NCBI GenBank assembly: GCA_002269645.1
Contig: NIVC01000317.1
Span: 248,001 to 312,000 of the forward strand
Length of the DNA: 64,000 nt
Origin: Macrostomum lignano
Taxonomy: Eukaryota
Direction of reading: 5' to 3'
The notes beneath the pieces were generated by a model, which was not told the DNA's origin, did no database searches, and was given only the letters and a program-made list of their open reading frames with translations. Each line of letters starts with the position of its first letter. Position 1 is the first letter of the stretch. Positions 51,050-62,227 of the stretch are shown piece after piece. A program made the translations under genes and the position numbers.

Positions 51050-51130
51050 TCCGCCGAGGAGTCAGACTCGAACCTTGGACCTTACGCCTAGCCTAAACCT
51101 AGTCCTAGTGCCTACACTGCGGCTATTCCG
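51050..51130 (-). other. tRNA-derived SINE-like head
   Basis: Minus strand GGCGGAATAGCCGCAGTGT (A-box-like) ... GGTTCGAGTC (B box); no clean cloverleaf. Confidence 0.35.
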
Positions 51131-51999
51131 CCTACTGATGGGAGGGCGCAAAAATCAGCTATATATGCTTCTGCACTGCAGTCAAATACATAGCAGTGAT
51201 AGGCTGCTCAGTGTGCACAGGTTGTGTGCAGTCAGAGCCAATGCACAAATAAGTGAAATCTATAAATAGCAATTGTCTATGCAGTCCACCCGTCAGCCAG
51301 GGTCAGAATGTACACACGCAGCCACTGAGCATTATTTTCCTCTCCCTTATTGCAGCCAGTATTGAGGCGTACACAGTGAACAGAGAAAATTTGTGGCGCA
51401 ATCTTAATTGGAATTGAAATTCAGTTAGTGAGATTTTGACCTTTTCTAGCCTCCCATTGAAAGCATTAAAAAACTCGTTTTTCGAATATTTAACCAACTT
51501 CTCATTCGAATTTTTCAATGCAATTACACCCACACAATTTCACAAGAATTTGCAATTGAATGAAGCAAGTTTGAAAAAATCGGTTCAGGCATTCAGGCTG
51601 TGGACTGGAATACCGGTCAGACAGACCTTAGAGATTTATAGTATATTGTGATGATGGACTGGCAATCAACGCCCCCCGTTGGGGAGCAAACGAAATGCAA
51701 TACAGGTTTTTTATATGCAACATGTAGCTAAACCTTGAAATCTTAAAAAATCTCCTGTCAAACTTCTAACCATAACCCCAACCCTAACGATAACCCTAAA
51801 TTTAATATTTTGTTCACGAGTTTTTGCATGATGCTTGCATTATTTTTTGCATGACGCTTCCATAAACATTTTTAATAGGCTACATGAGCTAAGTTATAAG
51901 CTACCCTAACCCTAGCCATAAGCCAAATCTTAACGCTATACCCTGAACCTAACACTAAACCTTGAAACCCTAACACCAACCCTAACACTAACCCTGCAG

Positions 52000-52850
52000 C
52001 CTGACATTTGCATAAGTTTGTGAAGCGCTTATGCACCAAATTTTTGTGAACAGAATATTCTCAGTGACATGAAATATTTGAAGCTTTATTTATTTCCGCC
52101 ATAGCACATCACTACAAAGAACGTGCATATACGAGTACCATTTAATACTTGCATACTTGAGTGTAGGATGATACAAAACTGCGTGAATAAATTGGCCGAA
52201 CTATTAAACATTTCTGTTAGTTTCACGATTATTATACACAGTACATGTGCAAAGTACTGTTCAACTGTACTGTTACGAACTACAACAAACAAAAAACAAC
52301 AAACGGTACGTGCTTTTATTTAAATTTTAAACAACCGAAAATTGACATTCAGCAGTTAAAACAATATTTAAACCAACACATGTATTTTTTCAAATGATAT
52401 GATATGATCTTCTGCTGCTAATACGAGCGTATCAGATGAAAATTTGCAATAATGTAATAATTTATAACAAAAGGATCGACTGTCGCTTCAGCAGATGGTA
52501 CCATCGACAAGCAGCCAGTATAGCTTTAGCGGTACAAAAATGTACATGTATATGCCATCCTGACTACCTGCCGACTCGCGTCACTGCTCAATTGCATGCA
52601 TTGGGTGTAAGCAAATGTAGAGACATTCATTCTCAAACCAAACATTAAGTCGCTCCGCTCTGCTTAAGGCTGCTACAGAGCTTGACTGCAAATGCTCCTT
52701 TTAGAGTCTGGAACCACAGGGTATATAGAGCAGCTCCTATACACCATTCACAAACTCTTTTAGCCCAGTTAAGATGCAGTCAACCTACTCTCAATGAGGG
52801 CTGCTTCATAAACCCAATTATACATACATGTTTGACCTGCTTATACCTGT
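52000..52850 (+). repeat. Direct repeat, copy 1 (paired with 56385-57660)
   Basis: 52455-52840 is nearly identical to 57290-57660; upstream blocks are similar but partly shuffled; TAACCC-rich segments at 51765-51995 and 56560-56590. Confidence 0.9.
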
Positions 52851-53222
52851 ACTATTTCTGTTTACTGACTGTATTTTATGGTCTGTTCAGTGACTGTATT
52901 AGTGACTGTATTATTGTCTGTTTAGAGACTGTATTGTCTGTTTAGAGGCTGTATTGTCTGTTTAGAGGCTGTAGTGCCTGTTTAGGGATTGCATCATTGT
53001 CTGTTAAAAGACTGTATTTATTGTGTAATTTCTACCTTAAGTACTCCTATATTTATGTCCTATGAGTATAAGGAGGAACTTATGAAACATTCCTCGTGAA
53101 TAGGATTTACTCAATGCACTCTCTCAGGGCTATCAGTTCATTGAGACTCTACGCGACTTTGATTTCACTCTCAGCCATCAGACGCTCGGGTCAAAAAAGT
53201 GGCACGCGCCAACTGTGGCAAC

Positions 53223-54956
53223 TCACTGATACGAAGTGCTGTTCTGTACGCTGTGATCATCGAACGCCATTCTGCTCGACTCATCCTGACCGTCGACACC
53301 TCCACTACGGTGAAACTGACTCCGGTCATCACCCGTCGACACTCGTCTGTATCGAATCTGCGAGAAGAAAAAATTTATAAGGATATAAAATATGTGTAAC
53401 AAGAAAGTCCTATTAAGCATGAATACATAAAAGCAACACAATAAGTACTGTTCTCTTTGCTATTCAATTTGCGATTTTCAAAATAATTAGCTTAACTGAA
53501 CACCTGTCTAACAACTTTATTATATTTAATCTAAATATACTAAATCTTAATCAACTAAATTTGTAGAAAATCACTCACCTTTTTGCCATTTCCGAAGTCC
53601 CTCACAATTTCCTTCGAGTGTTTGTCATAAAATTCAAACAAGGCAGCAGGCTCCCGAATGGTGGTCACACTTTCGTCTCCAATCTCATCAGCACCAAGTC
53701 CTGGAGTAGGCACTGGAGCGGGCACAGGTTCAAACCGGGTATCCTTTGCATTCCTATACCAGTCAGCCAAGACTCTGGCTTCACCATCGTCACTGTTGCA
53801 TTTTACGTCAGAGTTCGAGCATCCCAACGTGACGGAGCCCGAATACTCCTGCACCTTTGCTCTTCTTATGGACAAAACATCGCCGATGTTCCACCTGTCC
53901 ACTTGAGCTGAGGACGAACCCCAAAACGTGCAGCTTACAGAACCGAAGGTTCGGTCAACCAAAGTCACTTTGGCTACGTTAACCTTTTTCCCAGCACGCG
54001 TTTGTACTTCTTCAGACGGTTGCCTGGCGTCGATCACTCCAAGCACATCGACGATTCTGATAGTGAAAGGGAGCAATACTTTTTTTAACTATTTGCACAC
54101 TAACTTAAGCATCACATTAGATTTCTATGTACATGTAACACGCGGTATTTGGGAGCACCAAAAACACGAAGGCCCCGTGAGGCAGTGATCGCTTTATTTA
54201 TGCAAGTTGAAGTTAAGCCTGCGATGTACATAGAGAGCGAACGTACATTAAATCAATACGATGATTCAGCTAATTATTTGTCACGATTGCTAACAGTTTA
54301 GACTGCCTCTAAGGCAAGGAATAAAATATTACATAAACTAACAGGAGCATCATGAAGCTAATAACCCAGGCTTCGTACAGTGTTGCGATGATAAATATTT
54401 TCAAACACAAGACAAACTAACTGTCACCCAAAAACACGATTACATGTGCTTTCACTCCGCGATATTTGAGCACTAATACATGACGAAAACTTCTAAATCA
54501 ATTAGTCACTCACCTGTCCAATCCAGTCTGTTGCAGTTGATTAATTCTAGTGTAATTAATTACTGGATCTCGAGCAACCGGCACTTCGTTGCTTCTATAG
54601 ATGAAGCCCTTGGAATCCACGGAAACGGTCATCTCAAGTGGATTGTCCGTACACTTGTACTCCGGCTTGGCAGTCTTCACCATCCCGCCGGATATGCGAA
54701 CGGCTTCAGCATCGTTGCATACTTCCCAGACAGCTTGCAAATCCTTACCGAAGACGCTGACTCGCATCTCAGATGAGTCGTCCACCAAGATGAACGAAAA
54801 CACTTGGCCCTGACCTTTGTTGTTATTATACGTGTGAACGTCTTTCAGGTTCGTCACAAGGCCAGTGACAGGCGTAGGCATTTGACCAACTGTCAGACCG
54901 GCAATCCCATCCTTCTTCGACTTCTTTTTTAAAGGTGACTCTGAATAAGAGGCCAT
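53223..54956 (-). CDS. RPA70-like two-OB-fold ssDNA-binding protein, copy 2 (3 exons, ~351 aa, apparently intact)
   Basis: Exons 54956-54514, 54056-53579 and 53357-53223 with GT-AG sites in matching phases (2, 0). Motifs GQGQVFSFILVDDSSEMRVSVF and RIVDVLGVI...VTLVDRTFGSVSCTFWG...IRRAKVQEYSGSVTL resemble RPA70 DBD-A and DBD-B. Confidence 0.8.
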
Positions 54957-55774
54957 TTTGCACAAAATATTATTCAACAATTAAAAAAATAACTGATAAA
55001 AAGTATCAATCAAACTTTTTCTAAGCAATGATAAGCTTTGATTTTAAGACACCAAAATTGGCTCAACAAATCACAAACTATATATGTAGAAATAAAAGTA
55101 GCCACGAAAAAACACTACCTCCCCTCCAGCCCAGTACATTGTACTCAATTTCGCATTCATTTTTACTTTATTACACAATCTAATTGGCTGGACACACAAC
55201 CCACCCCAATCACTCCAGTGCCCAGCATTAAAGCACACACTGCACCCTCTGCTGTACGCTAAGGTCTCCTCACTTTTCTCACTTAATCCTTTTGTTTGTT
55301 TGCTATCTCGTTTTATAGTGACACAATTCTCACCGACTGACTCAGCAAGTGTAGGCAATACTTTAGGAGTTCGCGGCCGCGTGTACTTCACTGCACAAAC
55401 AAAACTTGTATGGCGCGGCTGACTGGTTGAGCCATTTTCGCACCTTCTAAGCCGGGAAAAAAAGACAGGCGACCCTCCTCAAGTCAGGCTGCATGGCCAC
55501 CAGTACGCTAGACAATTTGTAGACCAATCGCCGATCTAAAGCCCCGAACTGCACACCCTCGCCTGCACAACCGACCAATAGGAAGCCACAGAAAACCAAC
55601 CTAAGGCTCAGCGAAGCCACACTCTCCACAGCAAACTGATACAACTGCTGAAGCGACGACTCACAACCCATAACCCCTATTTTATTCGCCCCTACACCTC
55701 AGTTTCAGTGCCTATATATATAAAAAATACGCTCATTAAGTATATTAGATATATTTAGACTGCTAATTTAGACT

Positions 55775-55991
55775 ATGCAAATAACTCAAATATTCGGTGG
55801 CGGTCGGCGCGGCGGCGGTCAGCGCGGCAGGGGCGGCCCACGTGGAAAAAGCAGTGAGTACCATCCCAAGACACTGTAAATCTTGAGCTTTGAGTACATT
55901 CGAGTAGTCTTAAATTGTCGTTTGTTTCTTCTGCGGAGGCCGCCACCGCGTTGCCAGCTGCATCGCCATGAAGGCCGCCGCCCGCCAATTG

Positions 55992-56023
<32 letters not shown>

Positions 56024-56261
56024 GCCACCACAACAACAACAACAGCAGCAGCCACCACAGCATCAGCCACCACAGCAGCAGCCACTACAGCAGCAGCCAC
56101 CACAGCAGCAGCCACTACAGCAGCCACCACAGCACCAGCAACAGCAGCAGCCAACAGCAACAGCAACAGCAGCAGCCACCACAGCAACAGCAACAGCAGC
56201 AGCCACCACAGCAACAGCAACAGCAGCAGCCACCCCAGCAGCAATTCGAGCGAATGACTGA
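55775..56261 (+). CDS. RGG/CCHC zinc-knuckle/polyQ protein, copy 2 (splice acceptor not found)
   Basis: Exon 55775-55853 MQITQIFGGGRRGGGQRGRGGPRGKS ends A|GTGAGT (phase 1, as in copy 1); downstream VCFFCGGRHRVASC plus a long Q tract; no in-phase AG seen. Confidence 0.45.
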
Positions 56262-56384
56262 ATAAATTTACTCAATAAATATACTCAATATACTCTCTTC
56301 TTTCACATTTTTTGACTTTTGATTAAAATACGTGATTGACTTACTTAATTTCTCGGACTTTTGAAACGCTGACGCACCGGTACA

Positions 56385-57660
56385 AAGTTTTGTGAACAGA
56401 CTACTCTAATGACTTGAAATATTTAAAGTATAATTCATTTCCGCCATAGCATTTCATTAAAAATAATGACCATACATATACACGTACGAACAAAAAATGG
56501 AATGGTTTTTTAAATAACCTACATGTAATGTCGAAATCTTAAAAAATCTCTTGTCAAACTTCTAACCCTAACCCTAACCATAACCCTAAATTTAATACAT
56601 TGTTCATGAGTTTTGAATGATGCTTCTATGATTTTTTGCAACAAATTTTTGCATTTGCACAGTAAATGTACAAAATAACAGTTTTATTCAACTGTACTGT
56701 TACGAACTACAACAAACAAATAAACAACAAACGTGTGACGGGGGGCTTGTGGAAAACTTCATTGTTTTACTATCGTTTTTACTATCAGTAGACTACGTAA
56801 GTGTATCATATTTTGTATGAATTCTGTGTACGAGTACATTCATTGAATCGGCTTTTATATGTCAGCAAGTGATGAATTTTTAACAAATCAATAATTTGCC
56901 CAGCGCCCATCGTAACTCTCAGCCAATTACAATTCGCTGTGTCATCTATCGTTTTATATTAACTGTTCGTTTTTCGTCGCTACTCAAAAACAAATAAAAA
57001 AACTTGCCCAACTAAGCAAGCAAAATATATCAATTCAATTGAATATTGGACTGCGCTATACTTGCATTTTTCTTCGGTCTTGTTCGGTCTTGTTCTGCCA
57101 AGGACTGCCAGATTAAATTCGTCACAAACGGTACGAGCTTTTATTTAAATTTTAAACAACCGAAAAATGACGTTCAAAAATTAAAACAATAGTTAAACAA
57201 AGACATGTATATATTCAAATGATATGATATGATCTTCTCCTGCTAATAGCAGGGTGAAAATTTAAAATAATGTAATAATAAATTAACAAAAAGATCGACC
57301 GTCGCTTCAGCAGATGGTACCATCGACAAGCAGCCAGTATAGCTTTAGCGGTACAAAAATGTACATGTATATGCCATCCTGACTACCTGCCGACTCGCGT
57401 CACTGCTCAATTGCATGCATTGGGTGTAAGCAAATGTAGAGACATTCATTCTCAAACCAAACATTAAGTCGCTCCGCTCTGCTTAAGGCTGCTACAGAGC
57501 TTGACTGCAAATGCTCCTTTTAGAGTCTGGAACCACAGGGTATATAGAGCAGCTCCTATACACCATTCACAAACTCTTTTAGCCCAGTTAAGATGCAGTC
57601 AACCTACTCTCAATGAGGACTGCTTCATAAATTCCAATTATACATACATGTTTGACCTGC
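56385..57660 (+). repeat. Direct repeat, copy 2 (interrupted by a solo LTR)
   Basis: Matches 52000-52850 once 56734-57126 is removed. Confidence 0.9.
56734..57126. mobile_element. Solo LTR, 393 bp
   Basis: TGTGACG...CGTCACA termini, 4-bp TSD AACG; the empty site is visible in the paralogous repeat near 52300. Confidence 0.88.
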
Positions 57661-57664
57661 TTAT

Positions 57665-58275
57665 ATACCTTTTTCATGACGCTTCTATGATTGTTTACAT
57701 GACGCTTCTATGTTTTTTACATGACGCTACTATGATTTTTTACATGACGCTTTTATGATTTTTCATGACGCTTCTATGATTTTTACATGACGCTTCTATG
57801 ATCTTTTACATGACGCTTCTATGATTTTTTACATGACGCTTCTATGATTTTTTTACATGACGCTTCTATGATTGTTTACATCACGCTTCTATGTTTTTTA
57901 CATGACGCTTATATTTTTTTACATGACGCTACTATGATTTTTTACATGACGCTTTTATGATTTTTCATGACGCTTCTATAATTTTTACATTGACGCTTTT
58001 ATAATTTTTACATGACACTTCTATGATTGTTTGCATGACGCTTCTATGATTGTTTACATGACGCTTCTATGATTGTTTACATGACGCTTCTATGATTGTT
58101 TACATGACGCTTCTATGATTGTTTACATGACGCTTCTATGATCTTTTTACATGACGCTTCTATGATTGTTTGAATGACGCTTCTATGATTTTTATATGAC
58201 GCTTCTACGATTTTTTATATGACGCTTCAATGATTGTTTACACGACGCTTTTATGATTTTTACATGACGCTTCTT
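57665..58275. repeat. 23-bp minisatellite (~27 copies)
   Basis: Unit CATGACGCTTCTATGATTGTTTA; degenerate units also near 51820-51865. Confidence 0.95.
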
Positions 58276-58619
58276 TTTAAAAAGTCTTTTAGTTTTCCTG
58301 ACGCTGAAAAGCTTTAATTAAAAAAATTATACTCTATGAAAATTCGAACCATCGTCGCTGCATTTAGCAGTTCAGTTTGTTCACCTCTAGGCTAGCTCTC
58401 ATCGTTTTGATAACATCAAATTTTGCACTTATATAATTCAACACTTTAAAATCCAAGCAGTTATGACATAATCAGTTTCTCAGTCAGTCAGTATCAGTTA
58501 ACAATATGGTTACGCAATTTAAATCAAGTCTGGTGCTACTCTTCCACACTGCATTTTCAATTCAAGTCGGAGTTACAATTCAGTTTTGATGCAATCTATT
58601 TCAGAATCAGAATTCAACC

Positions 58620-59370
58620 CTCCCAGATTAGCGCTACTCCCTCGAAATAACACAACTCTCTTCTAGATTCGGACTCAGCCCAGATTAGCACTACCTCCCC
58701 CCAGATTAGCCCCATTTCGCTCCCCCAGATTAGCACTACCTCACCCCAGATTAGCCCCACTTTGCTCCAGATTAGCTCTACTCCCCCAGATTAGCGCTAA
58801 TCCCCCACATTAACACAACTCCTCTCCAGATTAGCACTCCGCCCAGATTAGCAAGTCTCACCCCCAAGATTAGCACCACTTACCCCAAAATCAGCACTCC
58901 GCCCAGATTAGCCCCACCCCCTCCAGATTAGCACTATTTCCCCCCTAGATTAGCCCAATTCGCTCCATATTAGCACAACTCAGCCCAGATTAGCACTATC
59001 TCTCCCCAGATTAGCACTACCGCCCCTCAGATTAGCCCTATTCCCCTCCCCTAGATTAGCACTACCTCAGCCCAGATTAGCCCCACTTTGCTCCAAATTA
59101 GCACCACTCTTCCAGAATAGCACCACTCTTCCAGAATAGCACCACTCTTCCAGAATAGCACCGCTCCCCAGATTAGCACCGCTCCCCAGATTAGCACCGC
59201 TCCCCAGATTAGCACCGCTCCCAAGATTAGCATCGCTCTACAGATTAGCACCACTCCCCCAGATTAGCACCACTCCCCCAGATTAGCACCACTCCCCCAG
59301 ATTAGCACCGCTCCTCCAGATTAGCACCACTCCCCCCCAGATTAGCACCACTACCCAGATTAAGCACCGC
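58620..59370. repeat. ~19-20-bp minisatellite
   Basis: Core CCCAGATTAGCACCACT repeated more than 30 times with variable C-runs. Confidence 0.93.
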
Positions 59371-59934
59371 TCCTTCGCTCTAGAAGATTAATGGAGTCCC
59401 GGAATAATATCATTAAATTAAGATTTCAAAAAATTGGATCAATCTGCTTTGGAGGAGACACCATTATTGTCGCAAGTTACAGGGATAAATTTCTGCTTCA
59501 AGGCAGATTCGAATTTCTGACCTCTTAGGCTTTGCCTCTACAATACATTCTGCGCGTAGTTCTCCTCTCGGCTGGCTCCTCAGTCTCCTCAGTAAACTTG
59601 CAATGATCCTTTCAACAATTGAAAAATTGCTCAGCATTTAGTACGACTCACTAATCAGTATTTGATACATATCGGCAGACTTTAGCACAACTCAAGATTA
59701 GCAATGCCCAACTATTAGCAGCACAACTATTGAAAGCATTGGTAAAACTCGTTTTTCGAATATTTAATACCTTTATCATTGAAGCAAATTAAAGAAATTT
59801 TATCGGTACAATGGCCGGACAATTTGCAATGTTTTGCAGAAAACGCGGTTAAAAATAGTTGAGGCATTCAATTTGTAGAGTGAAATTCCACAGACAGACA
59901 GACAGACAGATTTTAGAGATTTAGTATAGGTGGA

Positions 59935-60620
59935 GGATGGACTGTAGCTGCATTAAAAATCGTATGTCATGTGGATACTGCCGCTTTTGTTGCCAAAGTG
60001 GTAGATTTTTGGAAGATTGTAAATGTCAAAACATCAGATCCTCACGCGATGCTGCTAATTTAAACTTTCTACTCAACTTTGCCTCCATGATTGGTCGAAT
60101 AGCAGGTCGACGTGGTCCCTGCCGACCGCGTTCCTTGACTATAGAGACTCAGAGAGCTGTTATCCAAACAGCGAGGGGTCTCGTTGAGATGTCGCAGTAT
60201 CTACTATCTCACTTGTAGGTACGAATAATACGAGCTATCAGGTATTAATTAGTTTAATTGAGGTTGTATATTACTAAATATTCATGCTATACAGCTATTT
60301 TCCTTATCCTTTTCAGGTGACTTTCAATCGGATCGGCTGGAGAAGGAATTCTCTATCTACAGGCAAGGCCATGGAGGTTGCTATTTCGTATCCGTAGAAA
60401 AAATACTTATGAGTGCTTACTTATTCGTCGCATGCAAGTGTACGCACGCCGTAAGGAGGATGCTCCAGAACAGGAGCGATCTGACTGTTGCGACAATGAA
60501 TCGTCTGAGGCTGAGCTGTTACAACTGGATGGCCTATGTGCCAATATGGAATGCATTTCGGAGAGAGTGACGTTGTACTATATTTGTGAACGTGGTGCGC
60601 AAAGAAGACATTGTTGATGA
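59935..60620 (+). pseudogene. P-element (THAP9-like) transposase C-terminal remnant with an intron
   Basis: TAAFVAKVVDFWKIVNVK; TARGLVEMSQYLL; after TTTTCAG, GDFQSDRLEKEFSIYRQGHGGCYFVSV. Confidence 0.78.
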
Positions 60621-60939
60621 CCTATAGTGTGAGGTTTCCGATGACTGCGCAATTGGCAGCTTGCGTCTTTGTGCTATGCCCTCTTTTTAATAGCAAAGCT
60701 GACTTGTGTCAATCGTGCAGGAAAGTTTTTTCCCTTTTCTTCAATTCATATATGGATGCTGCCAAATTTGCTGATGTTAATGTAGGTAGAATTTCAAAAC
60801 ACTTTGTGAATGTCTTTTTTAAAGGACTTGTACGTCGCGAATCAGTTGCGTCCCGAATATCCCCGAATGCCAATGCGCGCAGACTTCGCAAACTCTCCAA
60901 TCCCATGTAATATGTGTAAAAATTGACATTCACTTTGTG

Positions 60940-61075
60940 TAGATGCCATCTGTCTATAAAGCGTGCCGATTTTTTGCCATTGTACTCTTCTTGCAGATGC
61001 CACCTGTCTATAAAGCGTGCCGATTTTCTTTGCCATTGTACTCTTGCAGATTCAAACAGTCTATAAAGCGTGCCG
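60940..61075. repeat. ~53-bp tandem repeat (~2.5 copies)
   Basis: GTCTATAAAGCGTGCCG recurs three times. Confidence 0.8.
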
Positions 61076-61818
61076 GTATTCTTAACTCTGTCTAGTTTTA
61101 AACAGTGAATTTATTCTGTTTTTCGGTTTTTGGTTAGTCACTCTCAACAAAAAACTAAAACGTACAACGAAATATTTTACAACAAGCGAAGTATTGTATA
61201 AAGACAACTTGCTTATATTGCATCAAAAAACAAATGCACTTCTGTTGAAATTTGAGCTAGGGTGAAAAGGCAAAACAGGTGCTTGGAAGTTTTTCAGCCA
61301 TTATCAAGTGGCTACAGTTTACAGGATCCGTTGTGATTTAGTTATAGGCGTTATTTTTAAAACTGTTTTTACATTTGCTTTATACAAGAAACCTGCTATG
61401 TTATACCACTCTAGTCTATAATTTTTGCGTACGTTTTAAAAAAAGGTATAATATTAATATGACATCAAAAAAACAGAATTGAATACCCAGACTCAAAGTT
61501 CTTATTCTCAAAATCATTTGTCTTATTTCGTCTTTTGACCCTACTGGCGTATTTATATGATACAATGCGCGCAGAACCAGTACGTCTATTTGTACCTGTA
61601 CGTCTGCGATAGGTTTTCGCATGAACAAGTAAAATGTCCGCTCCACAGTGACAATGAACGGTTTGTACTGAAGCAGCGTTTGAAATAAGTGCTACAATAA
61701 AATGAAGAGACATTAATGTAGCACTTCGAAAATCACCAGACAAAAGCTAAATTTCGTCGCTTGAAACTAATTTCTAAGATTTCTGCATCGCGTTAATAAC
61801 CAACACAGATAATAAAAG

Positions 61819-62227
61819 AACTAGATGGGCCTCTCAGGCATATATACTTAGTAAAACACGTTTCTACTTTTAGTTCAGTAGCAAGGAAGTATATATAAGC
61901 TATTTTAAAGGCAGCTAAAATGACTTCGATAAGTTAAGAAGCCCAAGCCAGCAGCCGTAAACAGCTTGCTAATTTGTTTAGCAATAATGTACATTAGCCA
62001 GCGCCAACTAAAATGTACATGGCCGCTGCTGGAATGCTAAGAAAGGCAATAAAAATGTGGGGCGGGGAGAAGGGTAGTGTGGAAATGCGCGGTTGGAAGT
62101 TTAAGTGGGGGGGGGAAGAGTCAATAAATGAGCATTGCTTTAAAAAATACATAAAAATGCTTCCGTTTAACTTGCTACCGAACTGAAAGTAGCATGCAAG
62201 CAAATATGCTGAGTGGCCCATCTAGTT
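61819..62227. mobile_element. Small MITE-like element
   Basis: About 24-bp imperfect TIRs AACTAGATGGGCC(T/A)CTCAG...; no clear TSD. Confidence 0.55.

Noticed and set aside
51765-51995. Interstitial telomere
   Set aside because: The TAACCC units are short and degenerate and sit within a dispersed repeat; this pattern is common in Helitron-like elements.
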